NCBI GenBank assembly: GCA_016839555.1
Contig: JAEOUA010000010.1
Coordinates: forward strand, 416,001 to 480,000
DNA: 64,000 nucleotides
Reading direction: 5' to 3'
Source of the DNA: Promethearchaeota archaeon
GTDB lineage: Archaea > Asgardarchaeota > Lokiarchaeia > Sigyniarchaeales > SOKP01
Shown: in pieces, positions 49,994 to 61,197 of the stretch
Numbering within the stretch: position 1 is the first letter of the stretch
Layout of the letters: every line of letters begins with the position of its first letter
Position numbers and translations under genes: made by a program
The notes under the pieces: generated by a model
What the model saw: the letters and a program-made list of their open reading frames with translations, nothing else
What the model was told of the DNA's origin: nothing
Databases searched by the model: none

Positions 49994-52441
49994 TTAGTCT
50001 GTTTTTATAATTAGAGTTTGGGTTTTAGATTCTTTAAAGAATAATAAGATGATTAATCTTTTACTACCTTCATCATAATTCCAATTATTCCTTTCATTTC
50101 CTTCTTTTAATTCAGAACCATTTTCAAGTTGAATAGAAAGCGGTTTTTTTTCAGAATAGAGCAAAATTTTATTCAATTTTCCTTTTAAATCTTCTATACT
50201 TAATTTCAATGTTTTATTATCTGCTCTTATAGTTGGAAATTGTTTTTTTGAACAAGGGATAAATTTATCAGTGCATCCTATTAATGCCATACCATTTGAG
50301 AGAATTGGATTGAATATATAATATTTATATTCGTATTTCTTAAGATTTCCTATCTGTATTTTTTGGGTTTTTGTGATTTTTAATATTTTATCTTCAAAAT
50401 AATCATAGAGAATATAGGCATCCTGTTCAAAGCCCAATTCTTGAGGCGTAATAAAAGTCTCCTTCACACGCCTTGGCCAGATATTGGATATAAGCACAAA
50501 TCTCCAAATGATTCCTTCTCGATTTATATAAGTATCGCAAATATAATATTTCCTATGCTTTTTGAACATAAAATCATTAGCAGTAAGAGGTTTATCGGGT
50601 TTAAAAAGAAGACCATCATCCCTACAAGTTTTATTTAATAGAGGCCAATTCACATTTTCTTTTTTATCACCAGGAGCAACCAGTCCCGCATTTAAATTTT
50701 GATAGAGACATTTAAAAATAGGATGCTTTTCTCCAAATGGACGAATGAAAGAATCTTCCATCGAGCGTGAACGAAATACATCAGGATGGGAATTAAGGCC
50801 TATAGCATGAATTAAAATATTCGATTGAGTAGAATGGACATATCTATAGGTGAGCGGCCATCTATGATTATAATCTCCGGAACACCTTGTTATTGTAATA
50901 TTCGGATGTTTAATACTATATAAAAGTATAGCAGGTGTTTGCATGCAGTAAAACACGTTGACTCCATTTTCATTTGCAGCCATAGCCATACTATTTAACC
51001 ATTTCTCCATAGTAGTTATATCTTCTCGCAATTGGGGAACGCTATCTATCTGATTTTTCATCCAATCTTGCTCATATACTACTATTCCACTCTCTTTCGC
51101 ATGACGCATTAACCAATTCCAAAAATCTTTCTCCAAGGGGCAGGCATGATTTTTATAAGTTATAAAATTATATTCTTCTAAATAAGGAGATCGAGAATCC
51201 CAGCGTCTATTATGAGCTGTGATGGGTTTTTGAAAACGTCTCTCATAAAAAGTTTTCAAATCAGTTGAGAATCTTTCGGGATCTGTTTCCCACCTAAGCG
51301 TATTACCATATAAACCCCCTCCCATTAATCTTACTATGGGACGAAATATGGTGGTAAAAGCTTTATTGGTATGCTTTAGATACCACCATGAATCAAAATT
51401 ATAATATCGAATAGGGATGTTATGTTCTTCAAAATATTCTTTTATTGCGACTAAAGTTTCTTCATAATTCATCCCTTTCTCTGTTTTATAATAGTAATAT
51501 GCCCCGTTATCGTTCCAAAAGCCTAAATGCGATGAAACTATTTCGGAATATAAACTTTTTCTACTTGAATTGTGGTACTTTAATAGAAGATCCCCTAATT
51601 TTTCCATAGGTTTATTGATTCCTTGACTAAAATATAAAACAAATTTTTGTGAATAATTTTTCGGGATCTCTTTTATTTCCCCTTGAATCCCACAATTAAT
51701 TCGTGCATTCTTCTCCTCAGAAATTGCTGCATTCAAAAACTTATCTAAAGGAGAAATGATTACACAGTTCAAATTATCATCATAAAGCAATACAGGCGCC
51801 GAAGTAGCCTTTATTTTTCGCGATGGAAGGCAAAAAATAGCGTGTCTATAGGTAAATGTCTTTTTATTCGGACTTTTATTTAAAAAGGACGGAAATCCTG
51901 ATATTAAATGCTTGTAATTCCCGGTCGCTGTATTTCGTAATCCATCTGGGAAGTTTAATTCGAATATTACATAATTTTTATCAAAAAATTGTTTTATGGC
52001 ACTTATAATATTAATATTTTCATCTTCTATAGAATATTCGATAATTATTTTTTTAAATTTTCCTAATATATCTTCAGATTCTTGTTCATTTATTTTATTC
52101 AATTTCAATAATTTCGTTTTTCTGCCCAAACCTTTAATATTTGAAAAGATTTGACCATTATGATGGAGTTTAAGCGCTCCTTTTATGATTTTTCTATCTT
52201 TTCCAAATGAAATCTCAAAACTCCCGTTTTCTTTATTAATATTTAATTTTGGGCGATTTATTTGCTCCGGAATATCTTCTCCCACTTTTTTCTTAAAATC
52301 TCTTGATTTGTATTTATAACTAGCATTAATTAGGGGAGAAACAAAAATTTTAAAAATCCATGGAAGAAATAAATATGTTCCTATACAAAGTAACACAAAT
52401 CCTAGGACAATTGCTAATAATATTTTTACTATAAGCATCAT
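49994..52441 (-). CDS. Membrane-anchored putative glycoside hydrolase (TIM-barrel, family unassigned)
   Basis: N-terminal TM; W.DNGAYYYY, FDSWWY, YEQDW, RCSGDY motifs reminiscent of clan GH-D enzymes. Confidence 0.55.
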   Translation of the reverse strand: MMLIVKILLAIVLGFVLLCIGTYLFLPWIFKIFVSPLINASYKYKSRDFKKKVGEDIPEQINRPKLNINKENGSFEISFGKDRKIIKGALKLHHNGQIFSNIKGLGRKTKLLKLNKINEQESEDILGKFKKIIIEYSIEDENINIISAIKQFFDKNYVIFELNFPDGLRNTATGNYKHLISGFPSFLNKSPNKKTFTYRHAIFCLPSRKIKATSAPVLLYDDNLNCVIISPLDKFLNAAISEEKNARINCGIQGEIKEIPKNYSQKFVLYFSQGINKPMEKLGDLLLKYHNSSRKSLYSEIVSSHLGFWNDNGAYYYYKTEKGMNYEETLVAIKEYFEEHNIPIRYYNFDSWWYLKHTNKAFTTIFRPIVRLMGGGLYGNTLRWETDPERFSTDLKTFYERRFQKPITAHNRRWDSRSPYLEEYNFITYKNHACPLEKDFWNWLMRHAKESGIVVYEQDWMKNQIDSVPQLREDITTMEKWLNSMAMAANENGVNVFYCMQTPAILLYSIKHPNITITRCSGDYNHRWPLTYRYVHSTQSNILIHAIGLNSHPDVFRSRSMEDSFIRPFGEKHPIFKCLYQNLNAGLVAPGDKKENVNWPLLNKTCRDDGLLFKPDKPLTANDFMFKKHRKYYICDTYINREGIIWRFVLISNIWPRRVKETFITPQELGFEQDAYILYDYFEDKILKITKTQKIQIGNLKKYEYKYYIFNPILSNGMALIGCTDKFIPCSKKQFPTIRADNKTLKLSIEDLKGKLNKILLYSEKKPLSIQLENGSELKEGNERNNWNYDEGSKRLIILLFFKESKTQTLIIKTD

Positions 52442-52666
52442 TTTTTTAATACCACAAAATTATTTTTTTTGCGATAGTTTTTAATTTTTCCTCATTAAAA
52501 AATACTAAACAAAAGAGAAGATCTTATTTTTAAAAACTATTTTTTTATAACAGAAATTATATTTTTTTCATATTAAAAAGAAGAAAATTAAATAAACTCA
52601 AATTAGCATTAGAATAAAATGAAAAATTTAAATACAAAATTAAAAGAAGAGAGAAAAAAAGTTTTA

Positions 52667-53365
52667 TTAAGTGGGTTGCTCTTTTTGTGCTTTTTTAAAT
52701 ATTTCATCTAGTTTTTTGCGATCTTCCTCGCTCATTTGACTCATTGCTTCTATATTTTGCCTCATTAAGTCCATCATAACATTTCTCGAAATAATTTGAT
52801 GTAAAACAGGCAGAGCTATTCGAATTCTTGTAAGTTCATAATTCATCCTTTTTGCCGTCTCTCGCATTTCCTTTAATTCTTCCTTGGTCATGCCCTCTTC
52901 TCCGATTCCAGGACAATCTAAATCAACAATTTTAAAATTTTTTCCGTCAAATTCTAAAGGATATGTTCTGCAACTTAAAGGGCGATTTTCATACACTAAA
53001 CATTTTTTTTGCTCTTTATTATATAATGGACATTTTTCGTTTAATAGCTCCTCTAGAGGTGTTTTCTGGAGTGCCTTAGTGGGATCTTGATTTATTTGAT
53101 CTTGTTCTTTATCTTTAGAGGATAAAGGTTTTAAAATTAAATCCATCGAACCACTTGGTTGTGCATATATCTCCAAATAGGGTAAAAAATTTGCGAGCAC
53201 TTCATTTCTCGCCCACATTTCTAAGTCCCATAAAGTGATGGGGATTGGCCCTCGCTCAAGACAGCATGCATCACATCGAGTACATTTGAAGGTAAACTTT
53301 TTTCTTTTTTTCTCTTGAGATTCTTCCTCATTCTCATTTTTTGAATCATTTTCGGTTTCTGACAT
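52667..53365 (-). CDS. YkgJ family cysteine-cluster protein
   Basis: FKCTRCDACC, CPLY, CLVYENRPLSCRTYP, CPG. Confidence 0.88.
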   Translation of the reverse strand: MSETENDSKNENEEESQEKKRKKFTFKCTRCDACCLERGPIPITLWDLEMWARNEVLANFLPYLEIYAQPSGSMDLILKPLSSKDKEQDQINQDPTKALQKTPLEELLNEKCPLYNKEQKKCLVYENRPLSCRTYPLEFDGKNFKIVDLDCPGIGEEGMTKEELKEMRETAKRMNYELTRIRIALPVLHQIISRNVMMDLMRQNIEAMSQMSEEDRKKLDEIFKKAQKEQPT

Positions 53366-53577
53366 TTTTGAGTTTCCTCTTTTGTTAAATATTCTAATTT
53401 GATTAGCTTATCTCATACCTTTTAATTAATTATATAAAAAAAATTTTTTCCCAATTTTTCTAAATTATTGGAAATTATTGATAAGACTTCTTATATAATA
53501 CAAGAAAATTCTTAAAGAATGAGATGTATTCTTTCTTAGATTAATTATTAGAAAGATAATTAAATATTCTTATAACA

Positions 53578-54660
53578 ATGTCATTTGAAAAGGATTTTAA
53601 TCTATTGAAGAAGCTCACTGAAATTCAGAGCTGTAGCGGCAATGAAAAAAGCATTAGAGAATTCATTGAAGATAATATAAAAGATAAATGCGATAAAATC
53701 GAAACTGATTCTTTAGGTAATTTAATTTGTTATTATAATCGTCCCTCTGAAACTGAGAAAAAATCATTTAAAATTCTATTAGATTCACATATTGACGAAA
53801 TAGGCTTTATTGTCAGAATGATTAATGAGAAAGGATTTATACGATTTTCTAATGTTGGTGGACAAAACCCACGGATTCTTCCTGGACAAAAAGTTACTAT
53901 TCATTCCACATCAGGAGAGGATATCATCGGAATAATTGGAGAAAAACCAATTCATCTACTTGAGAGAAAAGAGAGGGAAAAAACGACTAAATTAGAAGAT
54001 CTCTTTATTGATGTGGGGATGAGTGATTCTAATGAAGTAAAGAAATACATTTCCGTGGGAGATTATATCACTTTAAAACAAGAATGTACAGCATTTAAAG
54101 GTAATAAAAGACTTTTTTCAAAAGCGTTTGATGATAGAGCAGGCTGCTTTGTTCTTATAAAGTTAATAAATGAATTATATGAATTGAAAGAAAAATTGCA
54201 TGGGGAATTGATATTCCAGTTTGCTGCTCAAGAAGAGATCGGTGTAAGAGGCGCTACAGTAGGATCTTATAGAATCACCCCAGATATAGGAATTGCTATA
54301 GAAGTCACACATGCAATTGACTTTCCAGGAGTAAATAAAGATAAATTTTATGAGTGTAATCTTGGATCTGGTGTTTCTATTTCTGTTGGACCGAATCTTT
54401 ATCCAAAATTAACAAAATCACTAATTGAAACTGCAAAAGAGGAGAATATCCCTTTTATATTAGAAGCAGAACCAAGACCAACTTCCACAGATGCAAGAGC
54501 TATTCAAATGACAAAATCAGGAATACCTTGTGCATTAGTATCAGTACCTCTTCGCTATATGCATACAAATATTGAAACTATTGAGTATCAAGACCTTATT
54601 TATTGCGTGCAATTGCTTAAATCATTCTTATTAAAAAATATAAAAGAGTTGATATTATAA
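53578..54660 (+). CDS. M42 family aminopeptidase
   Basis: SHIDEIG, AFDDRAG, QEEIG.RGA, RYMHT. Confidence 0.92.
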   Translation: MSFEKDFNLLKKLTEIQSCSGNEKSIREFIEDNIKDKCDKIETDSLGNLICYYNRPSETEKKSFKILLDSHIDEIGFIVRMINEKGFIRFSNVGGQNPRILPGQKVTIHSTSGEDIIGIIGEKPIHLLERKEREKTTKLEDLFIDVGMSDSNEVKKYISVGDYITLKQECTAFKGNKRLFSKAFDDRAGCFVLIKLINELYELKEKLHGELIFQFAAQEEIGVRGATVGSYRITPDIGIAIEVTHAIDFPGVNKDKFYECNLGSGVSISVGPNLYPKLTKSLIETAKEENIPFILEAEPRPTSTDARAIQMTKSGIPCALVSVPLRYMHTNIETIEYQDLIYCVQLLKSFLLKNIKELIL

Positions 54661-54774
54661 AAATAATTAATTTACAATTTTCTAAAGTTAATTTCTTTTA
54701 ATTAAAAAAAAAATATAAAAAATTTAAAAAAATTGGATTATTTTAATTTTTATTTGAAATTTTTCTAATTATTT

Positions 54775-55014
54775 CTAGATAACCCATACAAGTAAGGCCC
54801 CAATTGTAGTGATTAGCGAAATAATCAACCCTACGACCCCAGGTCCTTTAGAATCATCACTAGCAATACCAACAATCGAGAAAACTATTCCAACTCCACC
54901 TAAAATAAGCCCTAAATATAACCAGACACTCAATATATTAAGCCAAATCATTATATTAAAAAAAAGTCCAAAAAGACCACAGAGAAGTCCTAATGTTCCC
55001 CAAAATTTACCCAT
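54775..55014 (-). CDS. Small 3-TM membrane protein, paralog 1
   Basis: MGKFWGTLGLLC...SIVGIASD; AGGTGA SD upstream. Confidence 0.7.
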   Translation of the reverse strand: MGKFWGTLGLLCGLFGLFFNIMIWLNILSVWLYLGLILGGVGIVFSIVGIASDDSKGPGVVGLIISLITTIGALLVWVI

Positions 55015-55275
55015 TTATTTCACCTTTTTATAATGTTTTTTATTTGTTCAAAATAGAATATTAAAATATATAAAAATTATTATTTTTTTTAATTATAAAA
55101 CTCTATTTTGTGTTAGATCTTAAAGTTTATATTATTTTCATGAATTAATATATTTTTCTCTCTTTTTATCTTTATGAAAAATTAAAAATATTTTATGTTA
55201 TTTTTGAGAGATTATAGGATTCTTTAGTAAAAAAATGAAGAAAAAAAAATTAAAATAAAAGAAAGGAATAAAATT

Positions 55276-55554
55276 TTAAAACCATGAGGTTACTTCACTT
55301 TTAATTTTACTAATAAATGGTATAGCAATATAAGCAGCAATAGCGATGATAAGACCTATGATTGAAAAAATTAATCCTACGACTGCTACACCCGGGGAAC
55401 TATCAGATGCAATCCCCACAATCGAAAAAATTAAACCACATGCAGCGGCAATCAAACCCCAAATTGGACTTAGTATCGCAAACCATGCCATAATACTTAA
55501 GACGATTCCAAAAAGTGCACAGAGTAGCCCAAGTGTACCCCAAGCTTTTCCCAA
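55276..55554 (-). CDS. Small 3-TM membrane protein, paralog 2 (TTG start)
   Basis: MGKAWGTLGLLC...SIVGIASD; AGGTGA SD upstream. Confidence 0.7.
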   Translation of the reverse strand: MGKAWGTLGLLCALFGIVLSIMAWFAILSPIWGLIAAACGLIFSIVGIASDSSPGVAVVGLIFSIIGLIIAIAAYIAIPFISKIKSEVTSWF

Positions 55555-55874
55555 ACGATTTCACCTATTGTTTCTTATTTATTTTTTTTTTATTAAAAAA
55601 TAAAACTATATGTTCTTTTTAAATATTGTGTTTTTAAGAGATTTATGTTGCTTTTCTCTTTCAATTTATAATTTACGGCTTTATAATCTAAAATAACACT
55701 CTATAAAGAGAAATTAAAGGAATAGTGGGAAAATTGATTATCTTTGAGCTTTCTTTTTAAATATATAATCTTGGAGAAAATCTTATTAATAATATATTTT
55801 TACCATAGTAAATTTATAATGAAAAAAAAAAGAAACTATAATAAAAATAGGAGAAATAGAACAAGGTTAAAAAG

Positions 55875-56963
55875 ATGAATGATTTATATCAAGATCAAAT
55901 AAACCGACAAAGGATTAAAAAAATTCTCAAGAATTTTTTATTTTGGGGAGAATTTTCTGCAAATATGATTTTGATATTCGGCATTGGGTTTTTCTTGTCT
56001 TCAGATCTTTCATTTCTAAGCATCTTTTTAACTATAATTCTCATTCCAATTACCATAACCTTGGATTTTGTCTTAATTCATTTATTTTCAAAAAGAAATA
56101 CTCTAAATATTAAGAAAAAATTACTAATCTGGTCTTATTTTACCTTAAATTTATTATTTAGCTTTACTATAGGAATTACTATTCCATTAATGGAATCCAT
56201 TTCTCGAATGAACTATGCCCTTTTTATGTTTCCAATGCTCTTTCTATTAAACTACATACTTCTGAGAAAATTAAATTTTTATATGGAAAACCAGTTAGAT
56301 AAAAAGGAGTTTTCTAAAAATGGAAAAATTAACCGTCCGATTATTGAATTCGAAGGAAAAAATTATACATTTTCTCTATATTCCTTAGGTTTATTGGCAT
56401 TAGGAGCCCCTCTACTTGCGCTCGCAATATACTTTTTTTTTGATTGGAATATTAATTACTGGCTCCATGAAATTGTCGTTAAGCAAACAACATTTCTCTT
56501 AAATTACTTTTTTGATATGGGAGTTTCTAATAGCTATGTCCCTATTGGAAAATTTCATTGGAATTTTAACATTCCAGGGAAAGGATCTATTTATTTTGAA
56601 ACCTTTTGTACTGGAGTTCAGGCGATCTGTATTTTTGCGGGGATTATTGTATTTACACCCCATAGTAAAGATCCTTACACAAATAGAGATATAATCTGGA
56701 GGAAAACGAAATCTTTGATTATTTCCTCTGCCATTTTTTATATAGTGAACATTTTTCGTATGGTAATTCAAATTTATCTTTACTATATAGGATATGCTTG
56801 GTCCGACATTCATTATTCTATAAGTGCCGCAAGCAGTTTTATTGCAGCGATAATTGTTCTTTTAATGCACAAATGGATACCAGAATTTATTATAAGCTTG
56901 ATATGGACTTATACTTTAATTAAGAAAAAGATTAAAAAAAATAAGAAGATTGAAAAGAAGTAA
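55875..56963 (+). CDS. Archaeosortase/exosortase family protein with extra N-terminal membrane domain
   Basis: Cys-Arg-His triad pattern FETFCTG...VNIFR...DIH in a multi-TM protein. Confidence 0.8.
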   Translation: MNDLYQDQINRQRIKKILKNFLFWGEFSANMILIFGIGFFLSSDLSFLSIFLTIILIPITITLDFVLIHLFSKRNTLNIKKKLLIWSYFTLNLLFSFTIGITIPLMESISRMNYALFMFPMLFLLNYILLRKLNFYMENQLDKKEFSKNGKINRPIIEFEGKNYTFSLYSLGLLALGAPLLALAIYFFFDWNINYWLHEIVVKQTTFLLNYFFDMGVSNSYVPIGKFHWNFNIPGKGSIYFETFCTGVQAICIFAGIIVFTPHSKDPYTNRDIIWRKTKSLIISSAIFYIVNIFRMVIQIYLYYIGYAWSDIHYSISAASSFIAAIIVLLMHKWIPEFIISLIWTYTLIKKKIKKNKKIEKK

Positions 56964-57016
56964 AGGTCTATTTTATTATAAAATAAATCAATTTTAAACT
57001 AAAAGATCTTCTAAAA

Positions 57017-59056
57017 ATGACGAAGGAATATTCAAAAGAAGAATTAAATGGATTTCCCTTTATGAATAATACTCTTCCTCTCGAAAAAAGGGTGGAAGAT
57101 TTATTAAATAGACTTACTTTAAACGAAAAATTTAAATTATTAACTGGAAGGCATCGATGGGAAACAAGTCCGATAAAAAGATTAGGAATTAGACCCTTTT
57201 TAATGACAGACGGTCCGAATGGAGTAGCCCCTCATAGTTCAAATGGAAAACAAGCTACCTATTTTCCAGTCGGTATTTGTAGAGCTTCCACTTGGAATAG
57301 ATCACTCTGTTATGAATTTGGTAAAGCGATTGCAGCAGAGGTTAGAGAGATAGGAGCTCATATGATCTTAGGTCCTGGAGTGAATATAATTAGAACACCA
57401 ATGTGTGGAAGGAATTTTGAATACCAAACTGAAGATCCTTATTTAAATAAAGAATTAGCAGTGGAATTTATCAAAGGAGTGCAGAGCGAAAGAATTGCTG
57501 CATGTATTAAACATTATATCTGTAATAATCAAGAAACAAACCGATATTCTTATAGTGCTGAAGTTTCTAAAAGAGCTCTCAAGGAAATATATTATCCGGC
57601 ATTTAAAGCGGCAATTAAAGAAGCAAATGTTTTGTCCGTTATGGGAGCGTACAATAAAATAAATGGCATATATGCTTGTGAGCATGAAGAATTAATAAAG
57701 CAGGAAATGATAAATAAATGGGGATTTGAAGGATTTGTCGTATCAGATTGGAATGCTACACAATTTATAAAAAACCCAGAGAATGCTTTAAATGCTCTTT
57801 TAACGCTGGAGATGCCAAGGGCAAAAATTTATAAAAGAAAAGATTTAGAAGAAACGTTTTTAAAAGAAAAATTTTCGATAGAAACTTTAAACGAAAATAT
57901 AAGAAGATTATTACGAGTTATGTTTTATGTTGGATTGTTTGACAAACAAGAAAATCTTCCTAAAGGAAGTCGAAATACTGAAGTTCATCAGAGACTTTCA
58001 CGTAAGATGGCAGAGGAAGGAATAATTCTTTTAAAAAATGAAAATAACCTATTACCCTTAAACAAAGCAAAATTAAAAAAAATAGCAATAATAGGACCAA
58101 ACGCGGATAGAAAATTGGCGGAAGGTGGAGGTTCCTCAAGTGTACGACCACCTTATGAAATTACCCCTTATCAAGGAATTAAAGAAAAATGTGGAGCTAA
58201 TATAGATGTTATTAACACTGTTTCTGAAGCTGATGTGGTCTTTTTAGTTATGGGACTTAATCATGAGCCTGGAAACGATTGCGAAAATGCGGATCGAATT
58301 TCTTTTGAACTACCTTCAGACCAAATTGATTTGATTAATAATACCCTTGAAGTTAATTCAAATACCATCATAATCTTAATAAATGGCAGTCCAATCTCCA
58401 TGAAAGGTTGGATTAAAAAAGCTCCAGTAATTGTAGAAGCATGGTATCCCGGGTTAGAAGGAGGACGAGCATTAGCAGATATCATTTTTGGAACCGTCAA
58501 TCCCTCAGGAAAATTGCCAATAACCTTTCCGAAAGAGCTTTCAGATTCTCCGGCTCATATTTCTCAAAAATCTTATCCCGGAACTGAAGATAGGAAGGTT
58601 TTCTATGAGGAGGATATTTTTGTGGGATATCGATATTTTGATACTAAAAATATAGATCCTCTGTTTCCCTTTGGATTTGGTTTATCATATACCTCCTTTA
58701 ATTATGAAAACATTCAATTAGACAAAAAATATCTTTCTGGAAATGATGTGCTAACCATTAAGATGGATATAATCAATACTGGAAATCGAGAAGGCGCTGA
58801 TATTATCCAATTATATATCCAAGATATAGAATCAGGCTTAAAAAGACCAGTAAAGGAGTTAAAAGAATTTTCTAAAGTTAATTTGAAACCTAACCAAAAA
58901 AAAATAATATCATTCAAGATTGATAGAAATGATTTGGCTTTTTATAATCAAGATACTAATACTTGGACTATAGAGGATGGAAATTTCAATATCTTATTGT
59001 CAAAATCATCAAGAGATATTTGGCTTAAAGGAGATATTGAATATGAACAAAAATAA
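57017..59056 (+). CDS. GH3 beta-glucosidase
   Basis: TDGPNG, GRNFEY, CIKHY, VVSDW nucleophile, FPFGFGLSY, Fn3-like tail. Confidence 0.93.
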   Translation: MTKEYSKEELNGFPFMNNTLPLEKRVEDLLNRLTLNEKFKLLTGRHRWETSPIKRLGIRPFLMTDGPNGVAPHSSNGKQATYFPVGICRASTWNRSLCYEFGKAIAAEVREIGAHMILGPGVNIIRTPMCGRNFEYQTEDPYLNKELAVEFIKGVQSERIAACIKHYICNNQETNRYSYSAEVSKRALKEIYYPAFKAAIKEANVLSVMGAYNKINGIYACEHEELIKQEMINKWGFEGFVVSDWNATQFIKNPENALNALLTLEMPRAKIYKRKDLEETFLKEKFSIETLNENIRRLLRVMFYVGLFDKQENLPKGSRNTEVHQRLSRKMAEEGIILLKNENNLLPLNKAKLKKIAIIGPNADRKLAEGGGSSSVRPPYEITPYQGIKEKCGANIDVINTVSEADVVFLVMGLNHEPGNDCENADRISFELPSDQIDLINNTLEVNSNTIIILINGSPISMKGWIKKAPVIVEAWYPGLEGGRALADIIFGTVNPSGKLPITFPKELSDSPAHISQKSYPGTEDRKVFYEEDIFVGYRYFDTKNIDPLFPFGFGLSYTSFNYENIQLDKKYLSGNDVLTIKMDIINTGNREGADIIQLYIQDIESGLKRPVKELKEFSKVNLKPNQKKIISFKIDRNDLAFYNQDTNTWTIEDGNFNILLSKSSRDIWLKGDIEYEQK

Positions 59057-59118
59057 ATATATTAATAAAAAATTAAAAAAAAAATAGTATTTTAAATTTA
59101 ATAGATAGTTAAATTTTT

Positions 59119-59820
59119 TTAAGGTGTTCCGGTTGTAGTGGTTTTTGGAGTTGTTGTTCTTTTTGGAAGGGGTGCAGCTCCTTGAATTGAAATAACAAGT
59201 AAGAGGATTGATATTAATACTACGACAAGTGCCGGGATGCTAATCAAATAGAATCCAAAAGAAGGTAGTGTTTTTGTGGTTAATAAGAAAAATGATAAGC
59301 TGTTATAATTTAGTAGAAAAACTTGGAATATCAAATAAAGATTTTCTACTCCATCAACTAAACGTCCCCTAAAAATAAAATATTCGATAAGTGCAAAAAT
59401 AATCGCCGCCCCTCCTAATATGAGATAAATAATCGGGATAATGATTGATTTATTCTTTAAGAATCCTAGAAATTCTACTTTATCTTTTAATAACTCTAAA
59501 AGACCAAAAATGGCAATTACTGCTCCCAATATTAATATTATAATTGATAAAACACTAAAAGATCCAGGAACTATTCCCGAAAAAAGTGAAGTATACAAAG
59601 TAGAACCAAGTAATGGAATATCTTGATACGCTATCGCAACTATCTTACTAAATAAAGGATTAAATGTTATATCTATTTTTGAAAATATCACATCTATCGT
59701 AGCCATGCTAAATGGTATTAATGTTCCAATTACTGCTAATCCTCCGGCGATTATTAGAAATATTCCGATATATTCAATAAATATATCTAAAACTTTTTTT
59801 AGAGAATCTTTTAAACTCAT
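59119..59820 (-). CDS. Hypothetical membrane protein with Thr-rich tail
   Basis: About four hydrophobic segments; C-terminus KRTTTPKTTTTGTP. Confidence 0.6.
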   Translation of the reverse strand: MSLKDSLKKVLDIFIEYIGIFLIIAGGLAVIGTLIPFSMATIDVIFSKIDITFNPLFSKIVAIAYQDIPLLGSTLYTSLFSGIVPGSFSVLSIIILILGAVIAIFGLLELLKDKVEFLGFLKNKSIIIPIIYLILGGAAIIFALIEYFIFRGRLVDGVENLYLIFQVFLLNYNSLSFFLLTTKTLPSFGFYLISIPALVVVLISILLLVISIQGAAPLPKRTTTPKTTTTGTP

Positions 59821-60139
59821 TTTTTTTCACCATTAAATTTATAAATGATTTCAATTACAAATAATATTTTAATTATATTTAAACTTTATTATTATAACTT
59901 CAAAATTCATTTCAATTTAAAATTGGGTTAAAATCTAACAAATACTTTATCTAATAAATTCTTATAGGAAATTCTAATGTTTAGATTGGATAAAATTTTT
60001 TTTTCTATATATTTATATATCAAAATAAGACAAAGCTAATAATACTTGGATAAATGATTTGAATATTTTGAACTAAATAAGAACAGTACTTATTAATTTT
60101 ATTTAAATTAAAAAATTATATTTTTATACTAATATAAAA

Positions 60140-60949
60140 ATGATTATAGAGAAAACAATCAAATTAATAGAAGAATTTTATCAAAATCAAGGTATATCAG
60201 AGCCAAAAGTTAGTAAGGTAGTAATAGGCTTAGGATATACGGGTGTGGAACTACTTACTGAATCTTATGGACCAATTTTAGGAGTCGCCCATACACTGCC
60301 AGAAGTCATTAAAAAAGATGAATGCAGTAAGATTAACTTTCCTGGAAAATTAACAGAAAAAAATCTCTATGAGCTATTACATTGGGGGCAAAAAGCTCCA
60401 AGTTTAAATAAAATAATTGGGATAGCAACTATTAATGCAGCTTCACAAGATATAATAAATGTCTATAATCCATATAGATCTCTCAAAGAAGGTTTATTGG
60501 AGTATTTGGATATAAAATCTGATACAAAAATAATTTTTATCGGATTAATTAAACCTATGATACGTCAAATGGCGCAAAAAACAAATAATATAATTATTAT
60601 AGAAAAAGAATTACCTTTTAATCAAATTTTTAACCAATTTAAGACCAAAAGAAAAGTGAATGAATTAAAAAAGAATGAGAAAAAATGTGATATATTATTT
60701 TGTACGGGAACGACATTAATTAATGATACTTTAGAAAAAATATTAAATCTATTCAGTAGTCATACAAACTTTATTGGAATAATTGGTCCGACGGTAAGTA
60801 TGATTCCGGATGTTTTATTTGAGTCTGGTGTGGATCTCGTAGGAGGGATGAATATTAAAAATTCCCAAGAGACATTAAAAATACTCCAAGAAGCGGGAGG
60901 GACTAGATTTTTTAAAATTTATGGAAAGAAATACAATTTTATAAAATAG
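60140..60949 (+). CDS. DUF364 Rossmann-like (putative metal-binding) protein
   Basis: IGLGYTGV, IG.ATINA, TGTTLINDTL, IGPT motifs. Confidence 0.8.
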   Translation: MIIEKTIKLIEEFYQNQGISEPKVSKVVIGLGYTGVELLTESYGPILGVAHTLPEVIKKDECSKINFPGKLTEKNLYELLHWGQKAPSLNKIIGIATINAASQDIINVYNPYRSLKEGLLEYLDIKSDTKIIFIGLIKPMIRQMAQKTNNIIIIEKELPFNQIFNQFKTKRKVNELKKNEKKCDILFCTGTTLINDTLEKILNLFSSHTNFIGIIGPTVSMIPDVLFESGVDLVGGMNIKNSQETLKILQEAGGTRFFKIYGKKYNFIK

Positions 60950-61197
60950 TAATTAAATTATTAATTTTTATACTGAACCGGAAATCTTAATTTTATTTTC
61001 TCTAATAGTTATAAAAATTATAAGATACAAAATAATACGTTTTACAAAAAAAATACCATTACTAAATCAATTAATTATTTCAAAAACTTTAAAACAAATT
61101 CAAAACCATCAAAATGCTTATATATTACTTAAAAATAAATATATAATTAGTTTTTAACAAAAATTTATTATAAACATAAAAAAATGGTTATAAAGAA

